In this document: positions 10,066 to 20,159 of the stretch, piece by piece
Position numbering within the stretch: position 1 is the first letter of the stretch
Layout of the letters: the number at the start of each line of letters is the position of its first letter
Source of the DNA: Candidatus Obscuribacterales bacterium
GTDB lineage: Bacteria; Cyanobacteriota; Vampirovibrionia; Obscuribacterales; Obscuribacteraceae
Direction: 5' to 3'
Assembly (NCBI GenBank): GCA_965228855.1
Contig: CBDDIJ010000003.1
Coordinates: 608,001 to 672,000, forward strand
Length of the DNA: 64,000 bases
Notes under the pieces: generated by a model
The model's input: only the letters and a program-made list of their open reading frames with translations
What the model was told of the DNA's origin: nothing
The model's database searches: none
Position numbers and translations under genes: made by a program

Positions 10066-10865
10066 TAGCGACCCATGTCGGCGAGGGTCTTTGTCGCGTT
10101 GGCGGATACGTATACGTTCTCATCCGTTGATAGTTTTTCGAGAACATGAACAGGCAATTTTCTGTTCATAGACAAACCCAGTCGCACGTCATCATCCGGA
10201 TCTGATACCAGATTTTCTAATGCCGCTTCGGGGATGTTTGGATTCTCTGCGGCTGCGAGTCTGACTTCGACGCTTTCGTCTTCGGCAAGTTTTTTCATAA
10301 TGCTGGCAGGAGCATTTTCGTTTTCCGCGACGCGGCGTCGCACCTTTTCATCGCCATCACCGGAAAGTTGAACAAGAACCGACTCGGATGTGTGCGGATT
10401 GCCAGCGAGAACCAGCTTGATGAGCGCGTCTTCGCCGCCGGCGCCTGAGTGACCGCCCAGCTCGTTTTCGAGTTGGTGAATCAAACGCAGCAGCGCTGAG
10501 AGTTTTTGAGCAGTGACTGGTTTTGCTACGTAATAGTTCATCTTCAGCTTGAGCGCTTCTTGAACATCTTCGTCTTGCTGCGAAACTGTGAGCAAAACGA
10601 CTGGAATTTTTTTCAACACGTCGTCTGCCTTTATTTCGGCGAGAACCTCGTGCCCGTTTTTCTTCGGCATGTTCAAATCGAGCAAAATTACGTCCGGCAG
10701 TTTTGAAGCCGACTTTGCTTTTTCCAGAAACTCTGTTGCTTGCTCACCATCGTTGACCACGCTGAGTTCGTAAGTGAGTTCCGATCGCTTCAAAGCTTCT
10801 TCCGTCAACCTGACGTCGGAAGGTGTATCTTCGACGAGCAGTATCTCAATCTTCTCTTTCATCAA
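10065..10865 (-). CDS. Response regulator: Rcp1-like receiver plus C-terminal LRV/HEAT-like repeats
   Basis: ILLVEDT, DVILLDLNMPKKNG, YVAKP; repeated LA.NP....L..L..D.D..VR units. Confidence 0.85.
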   Translation of the reverse strand: MMKEKIEILLVEDTPSDVRLTEEALKRSELTYELSVVNDGEQATEFLEKAKSASKLPDVILLDLNMPKKNGHEVLAEIKADDVLKKIPVVLLTVSQQDEDVQEALKLKMNYYVAKPVTAQKLSALLRLIHQLENELGGHSGAGGEDALIKLVLAGNPHTSESVLVQLSGDGDEKVRRRVAENENAPASIMKKLAEDESVEVRLAAAENPNIPEAALENLVSDPDDDVRLGLSMNRKLPVHVLEKLSTDENVYVSANATKTLADMGR

Positions 10866-12355
10866 TGTGCTCCTTGATTGTGTGCAGCAGGTAGTGTGAA
10901 CAGAAAAATTGAACCTTCTCCCGGGACTGATTCAACTGAGATTGTTCCTCCGTGTGACTTAACGATTCTTTTGCAGATCGCCAGCCCCATTCCGGTCCCG
11001 GAATACTCCGTCTTGCCGTGAAGCCGAGAGAACATATCGAAAATCTTGTCCGTGTACTTGGGATCTATTCCGATGCCGTTGTCACGTACCGAGAATAACC
11101 AGAAATCTCCGCTTATATCGACTTTTATGTAAATATGCGGCGGTTCTTCCTTACTTCGATATTTTAGCGCGTTACTGATCAAATTCTGAAAAAGCTGCAC
11201 AAGATGTGATCGTTCCACCCTGACTTCCGGAAGATTGTCTATTTCAAAGACGGCTTCGGTCTCGCGAATGGTCGCGCTTAAATTAGTTAGCACATCTTCT
11301 ATGACGTCGTTGCACTTTGTCACGTGCACTTCGGAGCTGTCCCGGTGAATACTCGAGTGTGTCAGAACCGACTGAATCAGGTTTTGCATCCGAGCTGTTC
11401 CGTCCAAAATAAAATCTACAAACTCGGTCGCATCTTTATCGAGTTTTCCGTCAGTATTTTCCTTTAAAAGATTGGCGAACCCTTGCACCGCCCGCAGTGG
11501 CTCTTGCAGGTCGTGCGACGCAATTTTTGCAAACTGTTTTAGTTCCTCATTGCTTTGAGTAAGGCGCTCTGTCCGCTCCGCAACCTTTCGTTCCAGCTCC
11601 TCGTTTAAACGCTTTCTATCTGTAATGTCTCGGACGAACGCGCAGTAGAGGTAATCAACTTCCTCTCGAATCTTGAAGATTACAAATTCAATCGGAAACT
11701 GTCTGCCATCCTTATCAACTGCTTGGAGTTCGTAATTCGCTCGCAAAACGCTTCTCGACTGTTTATCAAAGCGTTTTTCTACTAGCTGAGCGTACTGCTT
11801 TCGAAAGTGTTTCGGAACGATTGATGACAGCGGTTTTCCCATCATCTCTTGTTTCGTCCAACCGAAAGTAGTTTCGGCCTGGGGGTTCCAATCCGTAATA
11901 TTCCAATTCTCGTCGGCAGCTATGAATGCGTCATAAGAGTTTTCCAGAATGATGCGAAGACGTTTTTCGCTCTTCAGGAGTGCTTGACCAACTTTGGTTT
12001 CCTCAATTGCAAACTCGATTCGGCGATGAATTGCTTCGCAGCTGGCGCTGCTCTTCAGGACGTGACCTTGCGCACCACCCTCGATGGCTTTAAGGGCTAG
12101 TTCTTCTTCGTCAATATCGGTCGAAACGATTATGGGAACGCCTGGCGCGACTTCTCTCACGCGATTGTATGTTTCAATACCATGACTGTCCGCCAGGCTA
12201 AGGTCTAAAAAGATGGCATCGAAAGTTCCTTCTGCAAGACTCGCAAAGGTCTCCGCCAGGTTTGTCGCTGTTTCAACCTTAAGCCCACGAGCGGTGAGCC
12301 CGGTTTTCAGTTCTTTTAGAAGCTTTTGGCTGCCTTCGACCAGAAGAACGTGCAT
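10862..12355 (-). CDS. Hybrid sensor histidine kinase (REC-PAS-HisKA-HATPase)
   Basis: N-terminal receiver, PAS (WNPQAETTFGW), SHDLQEPLR H-box, NLISNALKY, DNGIGI, GTGMGL. Confidence 0.9.
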   Translation of the reverse strand: MHVLLVEGSQKLLKELKTGLTARGLKVETATNLAETFASLAEGTFDAIFLDLSLADSHGIETYNRVREVAPGVPIIVSTDIDEEELALKAIEGGAQGHVLKSSASCEAIHRRIEFAIEETKVGQALLKSEKRLRIILENSYDAFIAADENWNITDWNPQAETTFGWTKQEMMGKPLSSIVPKHFRKQYAQLVEKRFDKQSRSVLRANYELQAVDKDGRQFPIEFVIFKIREEVDYLYCAFVRDITDRKRLNEELERKVAERTERLTQSNEELKQFAKIASHDLQEPLRAVQGFANLLKENTDGKLDKDATEFVDFILDGTARMQNLIQSVLTHSSIHRDSSEVHVTKCNDVIEDVLTNLSATIRETEAVFEIDNLPEVRVERSHLVQLFQNLISNALKYRSKEEPPHIYIKVDISGDFWLFSVRDNGIGIDPKYTDKIFDMFSRLHGKTEYSGTGMGLAICKRIVKSHGGTISVESVPGEGSIFLFTLPAAHNQGAH

Positions 12356-12534
12356 AATCGAGTCTCATTGAAGGTCCTGAGAAGACCACTATATAGGATT
12401 TGTGCTTGCGGTGGGTAGAGAGATCGCCTTTGGGGCGAATCGATTTAGGCAACATCCCGGTCGTCAATGAAATCGTTTTGTAGTTCAGGTGTACCACGTA
12501 CTCGTTTAGCTCCGTATTTGGTGCTTTATCTCAG

Positions 12535-12885
12535 CTAATGCGACTCCGCTTCCTCGCGTTTGGCCAGGAACTCATCGACATCCGCCGAAGCTTTCGCTGC
12601 TATCGTTTTCTCATCAGAGTACACTTTCCGTCGGTGCGCGACCCGCAATACCAGCACAGTGATTGTGATTGTTTCTTTTGAGACGTAACAGATGACTCGT
12701 ATGTCTCCAACTCGATAGCGATGAAAGCCTCCAAGCTTTCCTGTTAGAGCTTTTCCAACTGTTGTCGGATCTTCCAATACGGACACTCTCTCGTCCATGT
12801 AGTCGAGAATGCTTTTAGCTAGCTGCTTATCGAGCTTCTTAAGCCCTTTCAGAGCGCTATCGGAATATTCAATCGTCCAGGCCAA
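12535..12885 (-). CDS. relE: Type II toxin, RelE/StbE family
   Basis: WTIEYSDSALK.LKKLD, GKALTG.LGG..RYRVGDIRVIC, VLRVAHRRKVY. Confidence 0.85.
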   Translation of the reverse strand: MAWTIEYSDSALKGLKKLDKQLAKSILDYMDERVSVLEDPTTVGKALTGKLGGFHRYRVGDIRVICYVSKETITITVLVLRVAHRRKVYSDEKTIAAKASADVDEFLAKREEAESH

Positions 12886-13096
12886 GATGCTCTCTCACTG
12901 ACTCGGCGCTGTGCGTTTTTTCTCGGCCAGCGCGAACGCGCTCTAATGTAGCGCTCGCTAGATAATAGTCTTCTAGTTCATCCAGATGACTTTCGACCAG
13001 TTCTCGGATGTAATAGCTCTTGCTGCGTCCTGTCAATCGAGCTAACTCATCCAAGCGCTTCTCAATTTGTTCGTTGAATCGAACTGAAGTCGTCAT
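12869..13096 (-). CDS. Ribbon-helix-helix antitoxin (RelB/TraY-like)
   Basis: TSVRF....EKRLDELA..TGRSKSYYIRE...LDELEDYYLA; overlaps the toxin start. Confidence 0.85.
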   Translation of the reverse strand: MTTSVRFNEQIEKRLDELARLTGRSKSYYIRELVESHLDELEDYYLASATLERVRAGREKTHSAESVREHLGLDD

Positions 13097-13108
13097 CTTT
13101 TCTTACCT

Positions 13109-13135
13109 TGTAATACATGTATTAAGTGTAATACA
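13109..13135. promoter_or_regulatory. Toxin-antitoxin autoregulatory operator
   Basis: Three TAATACA boxes: palindrome TAATACA-TGTATTA (13111-13124) overlapping TGTATTA-AGTG-TAATACA (13118-13135), just upstream of the antitoxin ATG. Confidence 0.7.
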
Positions 13136-13252
13136 AATTGGCAAAAATGGCAACTATTCACGCTTTGCCGAGAAAATAGCTTGCGATTGTTCCTTGTCCA
13201 TAGTGACAAATCAACGCAAATGTCCAAAGAACGCTCCGCAAAAGAACGAGCG

Positions 13253-15184
13253 CTACATCGCCAGTGGCCGTCTAGCCACTGGCGCGAATCCATCACTAAA
13301 GTCACCGATTTCACCGACCTTGTCTCCGATTTCGAAGACCGTGCGACCGGTCTTATCGATGAAGTATTTTTTCTCACCAGTTTCGACGTATGCGACGCCG
13401 TCTTTGAAATTTCTCGCATGACTGAACGCAGGCTCAATAACCACGGTTCCCGTCTTATCGATAAATCCGCACAGATATTTCGCCCTCATCTCTTCATAGC
13501 TGACATCAGATGGTGGCGGTGTCGGGTAAACCCAAGCATATCCCTCACTGAAAACGCAGGCCTCGTAGAATTGGAACGGTATCGCCAACTCTCCGGAACG
13601 ATTCAGGAAACCATATAGCCCCTTCGAACGAACCAACAACATCCCCTCACAGAACTGACTCAACGTCGGATCAAAATCGTGACTATGGTCACCGCGTGAC
13701 AATGACCGTTCAAATTCTTCCGGCGGCCCTGCATACAAGTATCCATCGTACTTCTCATTAAATGGTCGCCAGGCGGGACCTGACTTTGTCGTTCCGGTCA
13801 ATTCGCGTAAAACGCGATTGAGATCTATCGCAACCTTTCCGTTTCGGTCTAGGTATTTGACCATTTCCCGATTCACGACGGTCTCATAGGTTACAGTTTT
13901 TGCGAGCCCGTCGGAGAAGACGCCAGCCTCCTCGAACTCGAAGTCTGTGACCGCCTCTCCGTGCAGATCAATGAAGGCAATTTTTCCGTTCAAGCTAACT
14001 GCGGCTCTCTCTTCTCGAAACGACAATACTGTTTCGTAACTTGGAGAGACAACCCACTCACCATCCTTGTTGATAAAACCCCACACGCCACCCCATCGCA
14101 CCGCGGCAAGTCCGTTGCTAAATGGCCGCGCATCCTCGAACGCGGCCTGAATCGTAAACTCCCCATGAACATCAATGTATCCCCATCTCTCGTCGATGAG
14201 AACATTCGCAAGATCTTCTGAGAACGTTTCCGCCCACCGAAACGATTTTCCGAAAACATCCTTTCCATTCTTGTCGAGGAACTTCGCATCGCAATATCCC
14301 TGGGAACAAAACACGCCGCTCGCAAACTTAGCCGAAATCATTATATCGTCGGTCTCGAACAAGAACTTGCCAGTCTTGTCGATGACACCACTCCTCTCGT
14401 GCACATACGAATTCGGATTCGCGTCGAATTGCTTTTTCAAGACTCTCACCGAGCGCCGCAACTGGAACTGGTAATACTTGGTGAATATTGGTTCGAGCCA
14501 TTGATACTTTTGATACAGTAGCTGCAATGGGCGTCTCAGGGTGGTCCGAATATTGTACAGAGCACTTCTGGCGTCGCGATTTGTTGGTTCCAAGGCGAGA
14601 GCCTGATCAAACCAAGATTTAGCCCGCAGCAGCTTAACTCTATTCAGCCACAGATTTCCGATTGCCACAATTGCATCAATGTAATTTGGGTTGAACGTAT
14701 AGACTTTCTCATAGCAATTTAGCGCTGCGCGGAAATGTCCTTGGTCCTCGTAAAGTTCGGCGAGGGTCATGTAACCCGGCTCAAATTTCGGATGTCGTAC
14801 CACACATTGCTGCGCAAGAGAGTATGCGATTTCACGAGAGTTCGAGTCCGCGTTCTCGCCGCCGCGGGAACGACGATGCGCATTGCGCGCCAGAAGATTG
14901 AGTTCCACTGCCTCAACCGATGGTATCACGGATGGTAGCTTGGTCTTTCGCATGTGCACGACGCGTTCTCTTTCCTCTGCGTCGAGGGCTTCGGCACGCT
15001 TGAGACATTCAAACGCATGATGAATCCAGCTGTTTTTCGAATATCTCCAACCGAGCCAGTAGTACTCCTCCGCAAATAGTTCGTCAGGAATCTGTAACGG
15101 CAGTTGACCGTCGTAAGGAGTCTCCAGCTGTTCCAGAACCGAATATAGTTTGATCAAATCGTTGAAGTCGATTTCGTTTGGCAT
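13253..15184 (-). CDS. TPR plus WG (KWG) repeat protein
   Basis: N-terminal TPRs, then repeated FSEGLA.V....WG(Y/F)ID..G units. Confidence 0.85.
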   Translation of the reverse strand: MPNEIDFNDLIKLYSVLEQLETPYDGQLPLQIPDELFAEEYYWLGWRYSKNSWIHHAFECLKRAEALDAEERERVVHMRKTKLPSVIPSVEAVELNLLARNAHRRSRGGENADSNSREIAYSLAQQCVVRHPKFEPGYMTLAELYEDQGHFRAALNCYEKVYTFNPNYIDAIVAIGNLWLNRVKLLRAKSWFDQALALEPTNRDARSALYNIRTTLRRPLQLLYQKYQWLEPIFTKYYQFQLRRSVRVLKKQFDANPNSYVHERSGVIDKTGKFLFETDDIMISAKFASGVFCSQGYCDAKFLDKNGKDVFGKSFRWAETFSEDLANVLIDERWGYIDVHGEFTIQAAFEDARPFSNGLAAVRWGGVWGFINKDGEWVVSPSYETVLSFREERAAVSLNGKIAFIDLHGEAVTDFEFEEAGVFSDGLAKTVTYETVVNREMVKYLDRNGKVAIDLNRVLRELTGTTKSGPAWRPFNEKYDGYLYAGPPEEFERSLSRGDHSHDFDPTLSQFCEGMLLVRSKGLYGFLNRSGELAIPFQFYEACVFSEGYAWVYPTPPPSDVSYEEMRAKYLCGFIDKTGTVVIEPAFSHARNFKDGVAYVETGEKKYFIDKTGRTVFEIGDKVGEIGDFSDGFAPVARRPLAM

Positions 15185-15246
15185 GGAGTTAATCTCGCGG
15201 CACCCAAAGTGTGGTCATTTGAAATTGCAGTATCTGCATCCACTGA

Positions 15247-17199
15247 TTAGAGAAATAAACGACGAGGCCTCTCCACGGCCGCCAACACGCCGTGGAAGTC
15301 GCCCACACGTCCAACGTTCTTGCCAAGCTCGAACACCTTGTTTCCCGCCTTGTCGATAAACCACCTGTGCTTATAATCATCATACACATAAGCGAGCCCA
15401 CTGCTAAATGACCGCGCGTGATGCCCCGGTTCTAGCCGAATTGCGATCTGCCCGTTGTCGTCGATGTAAGCCAATGTAATTTTCATACTGTCCGTTCGAT
15501 CAAGGCGTACAACCTCCACCTTATCGAGCGACACGAGCGCCAACCCGTCAGCAAATGCGGCGCCGATATAAAATTCAACTGGTATCACAAGCGCACCGCT
15601 GCGATCCAAGTAACCACACTTGCTTCCTTGATTCACTTTCAATCTGCCATTGGAGAATTGATTCGTCGGCTTCTCAAAAATCATGCGACGCACCGATGAA
15701 GTCAATGTATGCCGCGACTTACCCGGTCCCGCAAACAAGTATTCATCAGTATTTCGATACCGGTCGTTCGCCTCACGACCATACCCGATCGTATTTTCGC
15801 CGAACAAATCGAGATACACACTATTCAGATCAAAAGAAATCTCGCCGTCGCGATCCAGAAATTTGACCGAGTGCCGCTCGACTTCGGTTTCGTACTTAAC
15901 CGTCCTCGCCAGCCCGTCCGCAAAGCGGCCGACCTCATCAAACTCGAAATCGGTAATCGGTTGTCCACGCGAATCGACAATCGCAATCTTGCCATTGAGG
16001 CTGACAGCCGCCCGTCCCTCCGAAAACGCTAGAACATTCTCGAACCTCGGCTCGACAACCCACTCCCCCTTATTGTCGATGAAGCCCCAAAGCCCATTGT
16101 GCCGCGCCGCGGCAAGCCCGTCGCTGAACCTGCCGACATCCTCAAATTGCGGCTCGATCGCAAAATGTCCGTGACGCTCAATGAATCCCCACTTCTCACT
16201 GACAAGAACAGACGCAAGATTCTCCGAGAAATCCTCCGCCCATCGAAACTCACGCCCGCCGAAGGCGTCATTACCGCTCTTGTCGACAAACGACGCACTC
16301 TGCCTTTTCTGAACGCAATAGAAAAACGCATCGGAGAATTTCGATTCAGCTCTGACACCATCATGGTGAAAGACAAAATTTCCGCTTCGGTCGATAAACC
16401 CACTACGCTCCTTTCTGGGGAGCAAATTTGGATTCTCCTCTTTTTTGAGATGCGCGTCGCGCAAAAGTTTCCTTAAAGCTTTTTGGTGCTGCCACTCTGC
16501 AATCGCGCTCACCCACGCGTATTTGCAGCTAAGAAGCCACATCGGCTTGTTCAAAAAGTTTTGAACGCTGTTGAGCCGAATCTCCGCCGCCGAATTTTCA
16601 GGGTTGCATTCTAGCGCTTTCTCGAACCAAGCTTTTGCCTTGAGTATCTTGACCCGCCGCAACCATACTCCGCCAAGCTGTACCATCGCTTCTACGCAAA
16701 ATGGATTACGTTCTAACGCTTTCTCGTACGCCGCAATTGCTGCTCGGTGCTCGTTTCGAATGTCTTCCAGCTCGCCTAGGGTCAAGTGACTACCATCAAA
16801 GTCAGGAAAACGCTGCACACAATATTTTGCTAGCGCATACGCCGAATCAAACGACCTCTGTTCGTTGTAGTTCCTGCTTCTTGTGGCGTGAAACTCATTC
16901 CGCGCCAGGAGATTCGCTTCCACTGCTTCAACTGATGGTATCATTGGCGGTAGCGTTATTTTTTGCAAATGCTCGATGTGATCTTTCCATTCCGGATTGA
17001 GCGCTGCTGCGCGCCGCAAAGTTTCATTGGCATGATGAACCCAGCGATAGTGAATGTACTTCTCCGCCAACCGATAATACTCGTCCGCTGTCAACTGCTC
17101 CGGAACACGCAAAGGAAGCCGCTGTTCACGCGTGTCATGCAGCTTCTCCAAAATGGTGTAGCGCTCGATGAGTTTATTGAGGTCGATTTCGTTTGGCAT
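15247..17199 (-). CDS. TPR plus WG (KWG) repeat protein (paralog of 13253-15184)
   Basis: Same MPNEID start, IPSVEAVE.NLLARN, AAVSLNGKIA and WG repeats. Confidence 0.85.
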   Translation of the reverse strand: MPNEIDLNKLIERYTILEKLHDTREQRLPLRVPEQLTADEYYRLAEKYIHYRWVHHANETLRRAAALNPEWKDHIEHLQKITLPPMIPSVEAVEANLLARNEFHATRSRNYNEQRSFDSAYALAKYCVQRFPDFDGSHLTLGELEDIRNEHRAAIAAYEKALERNPFCVEAMVQLGGVWLRRVKILKAKAWFEKALECNPENSAAEIRLNSVQNFLNKPMWLLSCKYAWVSAIAEWQHQKALRKLLRDAHLKKEENPNLLPRKERSGFIDRSGNFVFHHDGVRAESKFSDAFFYCVQKRQSASFVDKSGNDAFGGREFRWAEDFSENLASVLVSEKWGFIERHGHFAIEPQFEDVGRFSDGLAAARHNGLWGFIDNKGEWVVEPRFENVLAFSEGRAAVSLNGKIAIVDSRGQPITDFEFDEVGRFADGLARTVKYETEVERHSVKFLDRDGEISFDLNSVYLDLFGENTIGYGREANDRYRNTDEYLFAGPGKSRHTLTSSVRRMIFEKPTNQFSNGRLKVNQGSKCGYLDRSGALVIPVEFYIGAAFADGLALVSLDKVEVVRLDRTDSMKITLAYIDDNGQIAIRLEPGHHARSFSSGLAYVYDDYKHRWFIDKAGNKVFELGKNVGRVGDFHGVLAAVERPRRLFL

Positions 17200-17250
17200 A
17201 GAACTAATCTCGCTGCACCGGATGCGGAGCAGAGAATTCTGGTTGATCTT

Positions 17251-17904
17251 CTAATTTGAAATTCTCGTGGCTTCCCACTCGCCAACTATGGAACCATCAG
17301 TTTTAGATTTGCCAAACTCATCCACTTTCTTGGGATCAGGTTGGATGATCTTGACCTTTCCAATGATCTTTACCGTGCCGTCTTTTGAATTCACAACTTT
17401 GCCGATATAAGATTGCCAGCGCATAGGTGGATTATGAGCGGGCGGCGTTTTAAATTCGATTGCTGTTGGAGATATGAAAGTCCCCTCGACAGTTTCCGGC
17501 TTCCAGTTGGTTGGACTTATGCCCGGTTTTACATCGCGCAGCCGTACAACTGTTATTGTGCCGCTTAAATGCTTTCCGTCTTGGTGTAATTCAAGAGTTT
17601 CATCGAGATCTGGGATCTTCGAGATTCCCATGTAGCGCCCGAAGCGGCGATGAATCATTTCATAGCGACCTTCAAGCTGCGCTGGAATAAAGTTCGGATC
17701 AGTCGATGCCGCGAAGGCAGGATCCTCCGGTTCCTTTGTGTCAAAAAGAACAATACTTTTTCCATCTCGCTTCTTCGGTTTCGCAGAAAGTTTGACGTTT
17801 ATCTTTAGATTGGCAGCGATGAAAATGCCCACGGCAAATAGCGTCAGCAGAAGCGCAACGGCGCTGCCAAAAATCCAAATCATCTTTGCTGACGGTTTCT
17901 GCAT
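17251..17904 (-). CDS. Hypothetical membrane-anchored protein
   Basis: 217-aa ORF with one N-terminal hydrophobic helix. Confidence 0.6.
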   Translation of the reverse strand: MQKPSAKMIWIFGSAVALLLTLFAVGIFIAANLKINVKLSAKPKKRDGKSIVLFDTKEPEDPAFAASTDPNFIPAQLEGRYEMIHRRFGRYMGISKIPDLDETLELHQDGKHLSGTITVVRLRDVKPGISPTNWKPETVEGTFISPTAIEFKTPPAHNPPMRWQSYIGKVVNSKDGTVKIIGKVKIIQPDPKKVDEFGKSKTDGSIVGEWEATRISN

Positions 17905-17932
17905 CTTCTGATTCTACCACCAAGCAGAAACA

Positions 17933-18808
17933 CTAAGCCGCGATTTCTTGCTCCGCGACAATCATTGTTCCCGAACTTCCCGGTTTCAGAATTGCAGACA
18001 AAAGGTCTCCTTCGTTTTCGGCGCTGGCGATAAGGATTGAACCTATGCCCTTCTTGATTCCTGACGCGCAGTTTCTTACTTTTGGAATCATGCCACCACT
18101 GATGATGCCGCTCTCGATCAGGACGCTGATTTCGTCCAGCGAAATAGTCGGGATGACGTGATCTTTATCCATTAAGATCCCGGGAACATCTGTGATGTAT
18201 ACCAGCTTATCTGCGTGCAGACCGACGGCTGCCGCCATCGCGACATTGTCTGCGTTTACATTATAAAGCTGGCCGCTCTCATCATGCGCGAGTGATGCAA
18301 TTACTGGAAGCGAATCATCCAGGATTGCCATAAGTTTTTCACTGTCGACGCCGGAGATTTCACCGACCCAGCCGATATCCAGTTTTGCGCCGGAGCTGCA
18401 GGCGATAATTTTCTTTTTCGCGGTAAACATTCCCTGCGTTTTTGAATTGATCGCCGTTGCGTTGATTCCGAGATTGTTCAGTTTCGTGACTAGCGTTTCA
18501 TTCAACTCGTCGAGCACTTTCTGCGCAATAGCAAGAACGTTGTCGTCAGTCACACGCAAGCCCTCGATGAAGTGCGGCTTCTCACCGGTCTCCGCGATCG
18601 CTTTGGAGATAGCAGGTCCGCCACCGTGAACGAGAACGACTTTTGCACCGGTTTCAGAAATCACGGCGACTTCATTGACTAGGCTCATCATTGCTTGTTC
18701 GCTGGTCAGCGTGCTGCCGCCAATTTTGATGACGACGATTTCTTGAGTCTTGGGAGTGGGCTGTGAAACGATTTTGTTTTGAATCTTTGCTTGGCTAACT
18801 TTTGTCAT
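17933..18808 (-). CDS. argB: Acetylglutamate kinase
   Basis: VIKIGGS, VHGGGP, GLRVTD, YNVNAD, SGGMIPKV; in arg cluster. Confidence 0.93.
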   Translation of the reverse strand: MTKVSQAKIQNKIVSQPTPKTQEIVVIKIGGSTLTSEQAMMSLVNEVAVISETGAKVVLVHGGGPAISKAIAETGEKPHFIEGLRVTDDNVLAIAQKVLDELNETLVTKLNNLGINATAINSKTQGMFTAKKKIIACSSGAKLDIGWVGEISGVDSEKLMAILDDSLPVIASLAHDESGQLYNVNADNVAMAAAVGLHADKLVYITDVPGILMDKDHVIPTISLDEISVLIESGIISGGMIPKVRNCASGIKKGIGSILIASAENEGDLLSAILKPGSSGTMIVAEQEIAA

Positions 18809-18898
18809 GATAAAAACTCCTGGAAAAATTTTCTGTCTCGTTCAAATCAGGTGCTTCGGTGGTTCGATAGCTGAAGCGAACCGGCACCGCGCGCGGTA

Positions 18899-20125
18899 TT
18901 ATTTCCCGTACGCGCCGTTGATTCGGACGTAGTCGTAGCTAAGGTCGCAGCCCCAGGCTGTCGCTTCGGAAAGTCCGCCGGATTTTAAGTCGATTCCGAT
19001 GCGGATATCTTTCTCGCTGAGAACCTTTTGTGCGTCAGCCGGTTCAACGATAAGAGGTTGACCGTTTGCCATGAGCGGAAGCTGCCCGCCATCGCTGGCA
19101 AACCAGATTGACAATTTTGCCGGGTCGAATTGAACTCCTCCGCGACCGAGGGCTGCGATGATTCTTCCCCAGTTGGCGTCTTCGCCGAACATTGCGGTTT
19201 TAACGAGACTGGATGACACGACGCATTTAGCGAGTTTTTGTGCATCTTCTCTGGATTCACTGCCGACGATGGAAACTTCAACGAACTTGGTTGCGCCTTC
19301 GCCGTCTCTAGCGACGAGTTTCGCCAGATGCGTATTCACCGTATGTAGTGCGTGGGCAAAGATTTTGTAACCTTCGTCATCTGCGCTTTCGATCAGCTCG
19401 TTGCCGGCGAGTCCGTTGGCGAACACGAGCGCCATGTCATTGGTGCTGGTATCACCGTCGACCGAGATCATGTTGTATGTCGTGGATACACTTTCCTTCA
19501 TCGCTTTCGAGAGGAGCTCTTGGGTGATGTTCAGGTCGGTTGTGACGAACGCAAGCATGGTCGCCATGTTGGGATGCACCATCCCGGAGCCTTTAGCCAT
19601 ACCGCCTATCATGACGGTTGTTCCGCCGATCTCCAGTTCGAATGCGATCTCTTTTGTGAAAACATCTGTTGTACGGATTGCTTCAGCGCAAGCCGTTCCC
19701 ATCGCCTCTGTGTTGTCGAGTAAACCGGCAACTACAGGGATGCCAGCCTTGATCTTGTCGATTGGCAGCTGCACGCCGATGTATCCGGTTGATGCGACGC
19801 AGACGTGTTCCGGTTCACAGCCGAGCGCTTCAGCTGTGGCTTCCGCCATGGCTACGCAGTTGACATAACCCTCTTCGCCTGTGCAGGAATTTGCATGACC
19901 ACTGTTTATGACGACCGCCTTAATAGGAGTACCGGCGGTCGCAACTTTTTGCGACCAGACTACGGGAGCACCTTTCACGACGTTGGTTGTGAAGACACCA
20001 GCTACGGTGGCTGGAACTTCGCTCATCAGGATTGCCAGGTCTTTGCGCTTGCGCTTGAGCCCTACGTGTTCGCCGGCAGCTTTGAACCCTTTGGGAACAG
20101 TAACTCCACCAACTACTTTCTTCAT
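18899..20125 (-). CDS. argJ: Ornithine acetyltransferase / N-acetylglutamate synthase
   Basis: AKGSGMVHPNMATML, VDGDTSTND, DGEGATK, WGCDLSYDYVRIN. Confidence 0.95.
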   Translation of the reverse strand: MKKVVGGVTVPKGFKAAGEHVGLKRKRKDLAILMSEVPATVAGVFTTNVVKGAPVVWSQKVATAGTPIKAVVINSGHANSCTGEEGYVNCVAMAEATAEALGCEPEHVCVASTGYIGVQLPIDKIKAGIPVVAGLLDNTEAMGTACAEAIRTTDVFTKEIAFELEIGGTTVMIGGMAKGSGMVHPNMATMLAFVTTDLNITQELLSKAMKESVSTTYNMISVDGDTSTNDMALVFANGLAGNELIESADDEGYKIFAHALHTVNTHLAKLVARDGEGATKFVEVSIVGSESREDAQKLAKCVVSSSLVKTAMFGEDANWGRIIAALGRGGVQFDPAKLSIWFASDGGQLPLMANGQPLIVEPADAQKVLSEKDIRIGIDLKSGGLSEATAWGCDLSYDYVRINGAYGK

Positions 20126-20159
20126 TTCGACCTTACCTCCAGATGAGCTTCGTGCTCTG

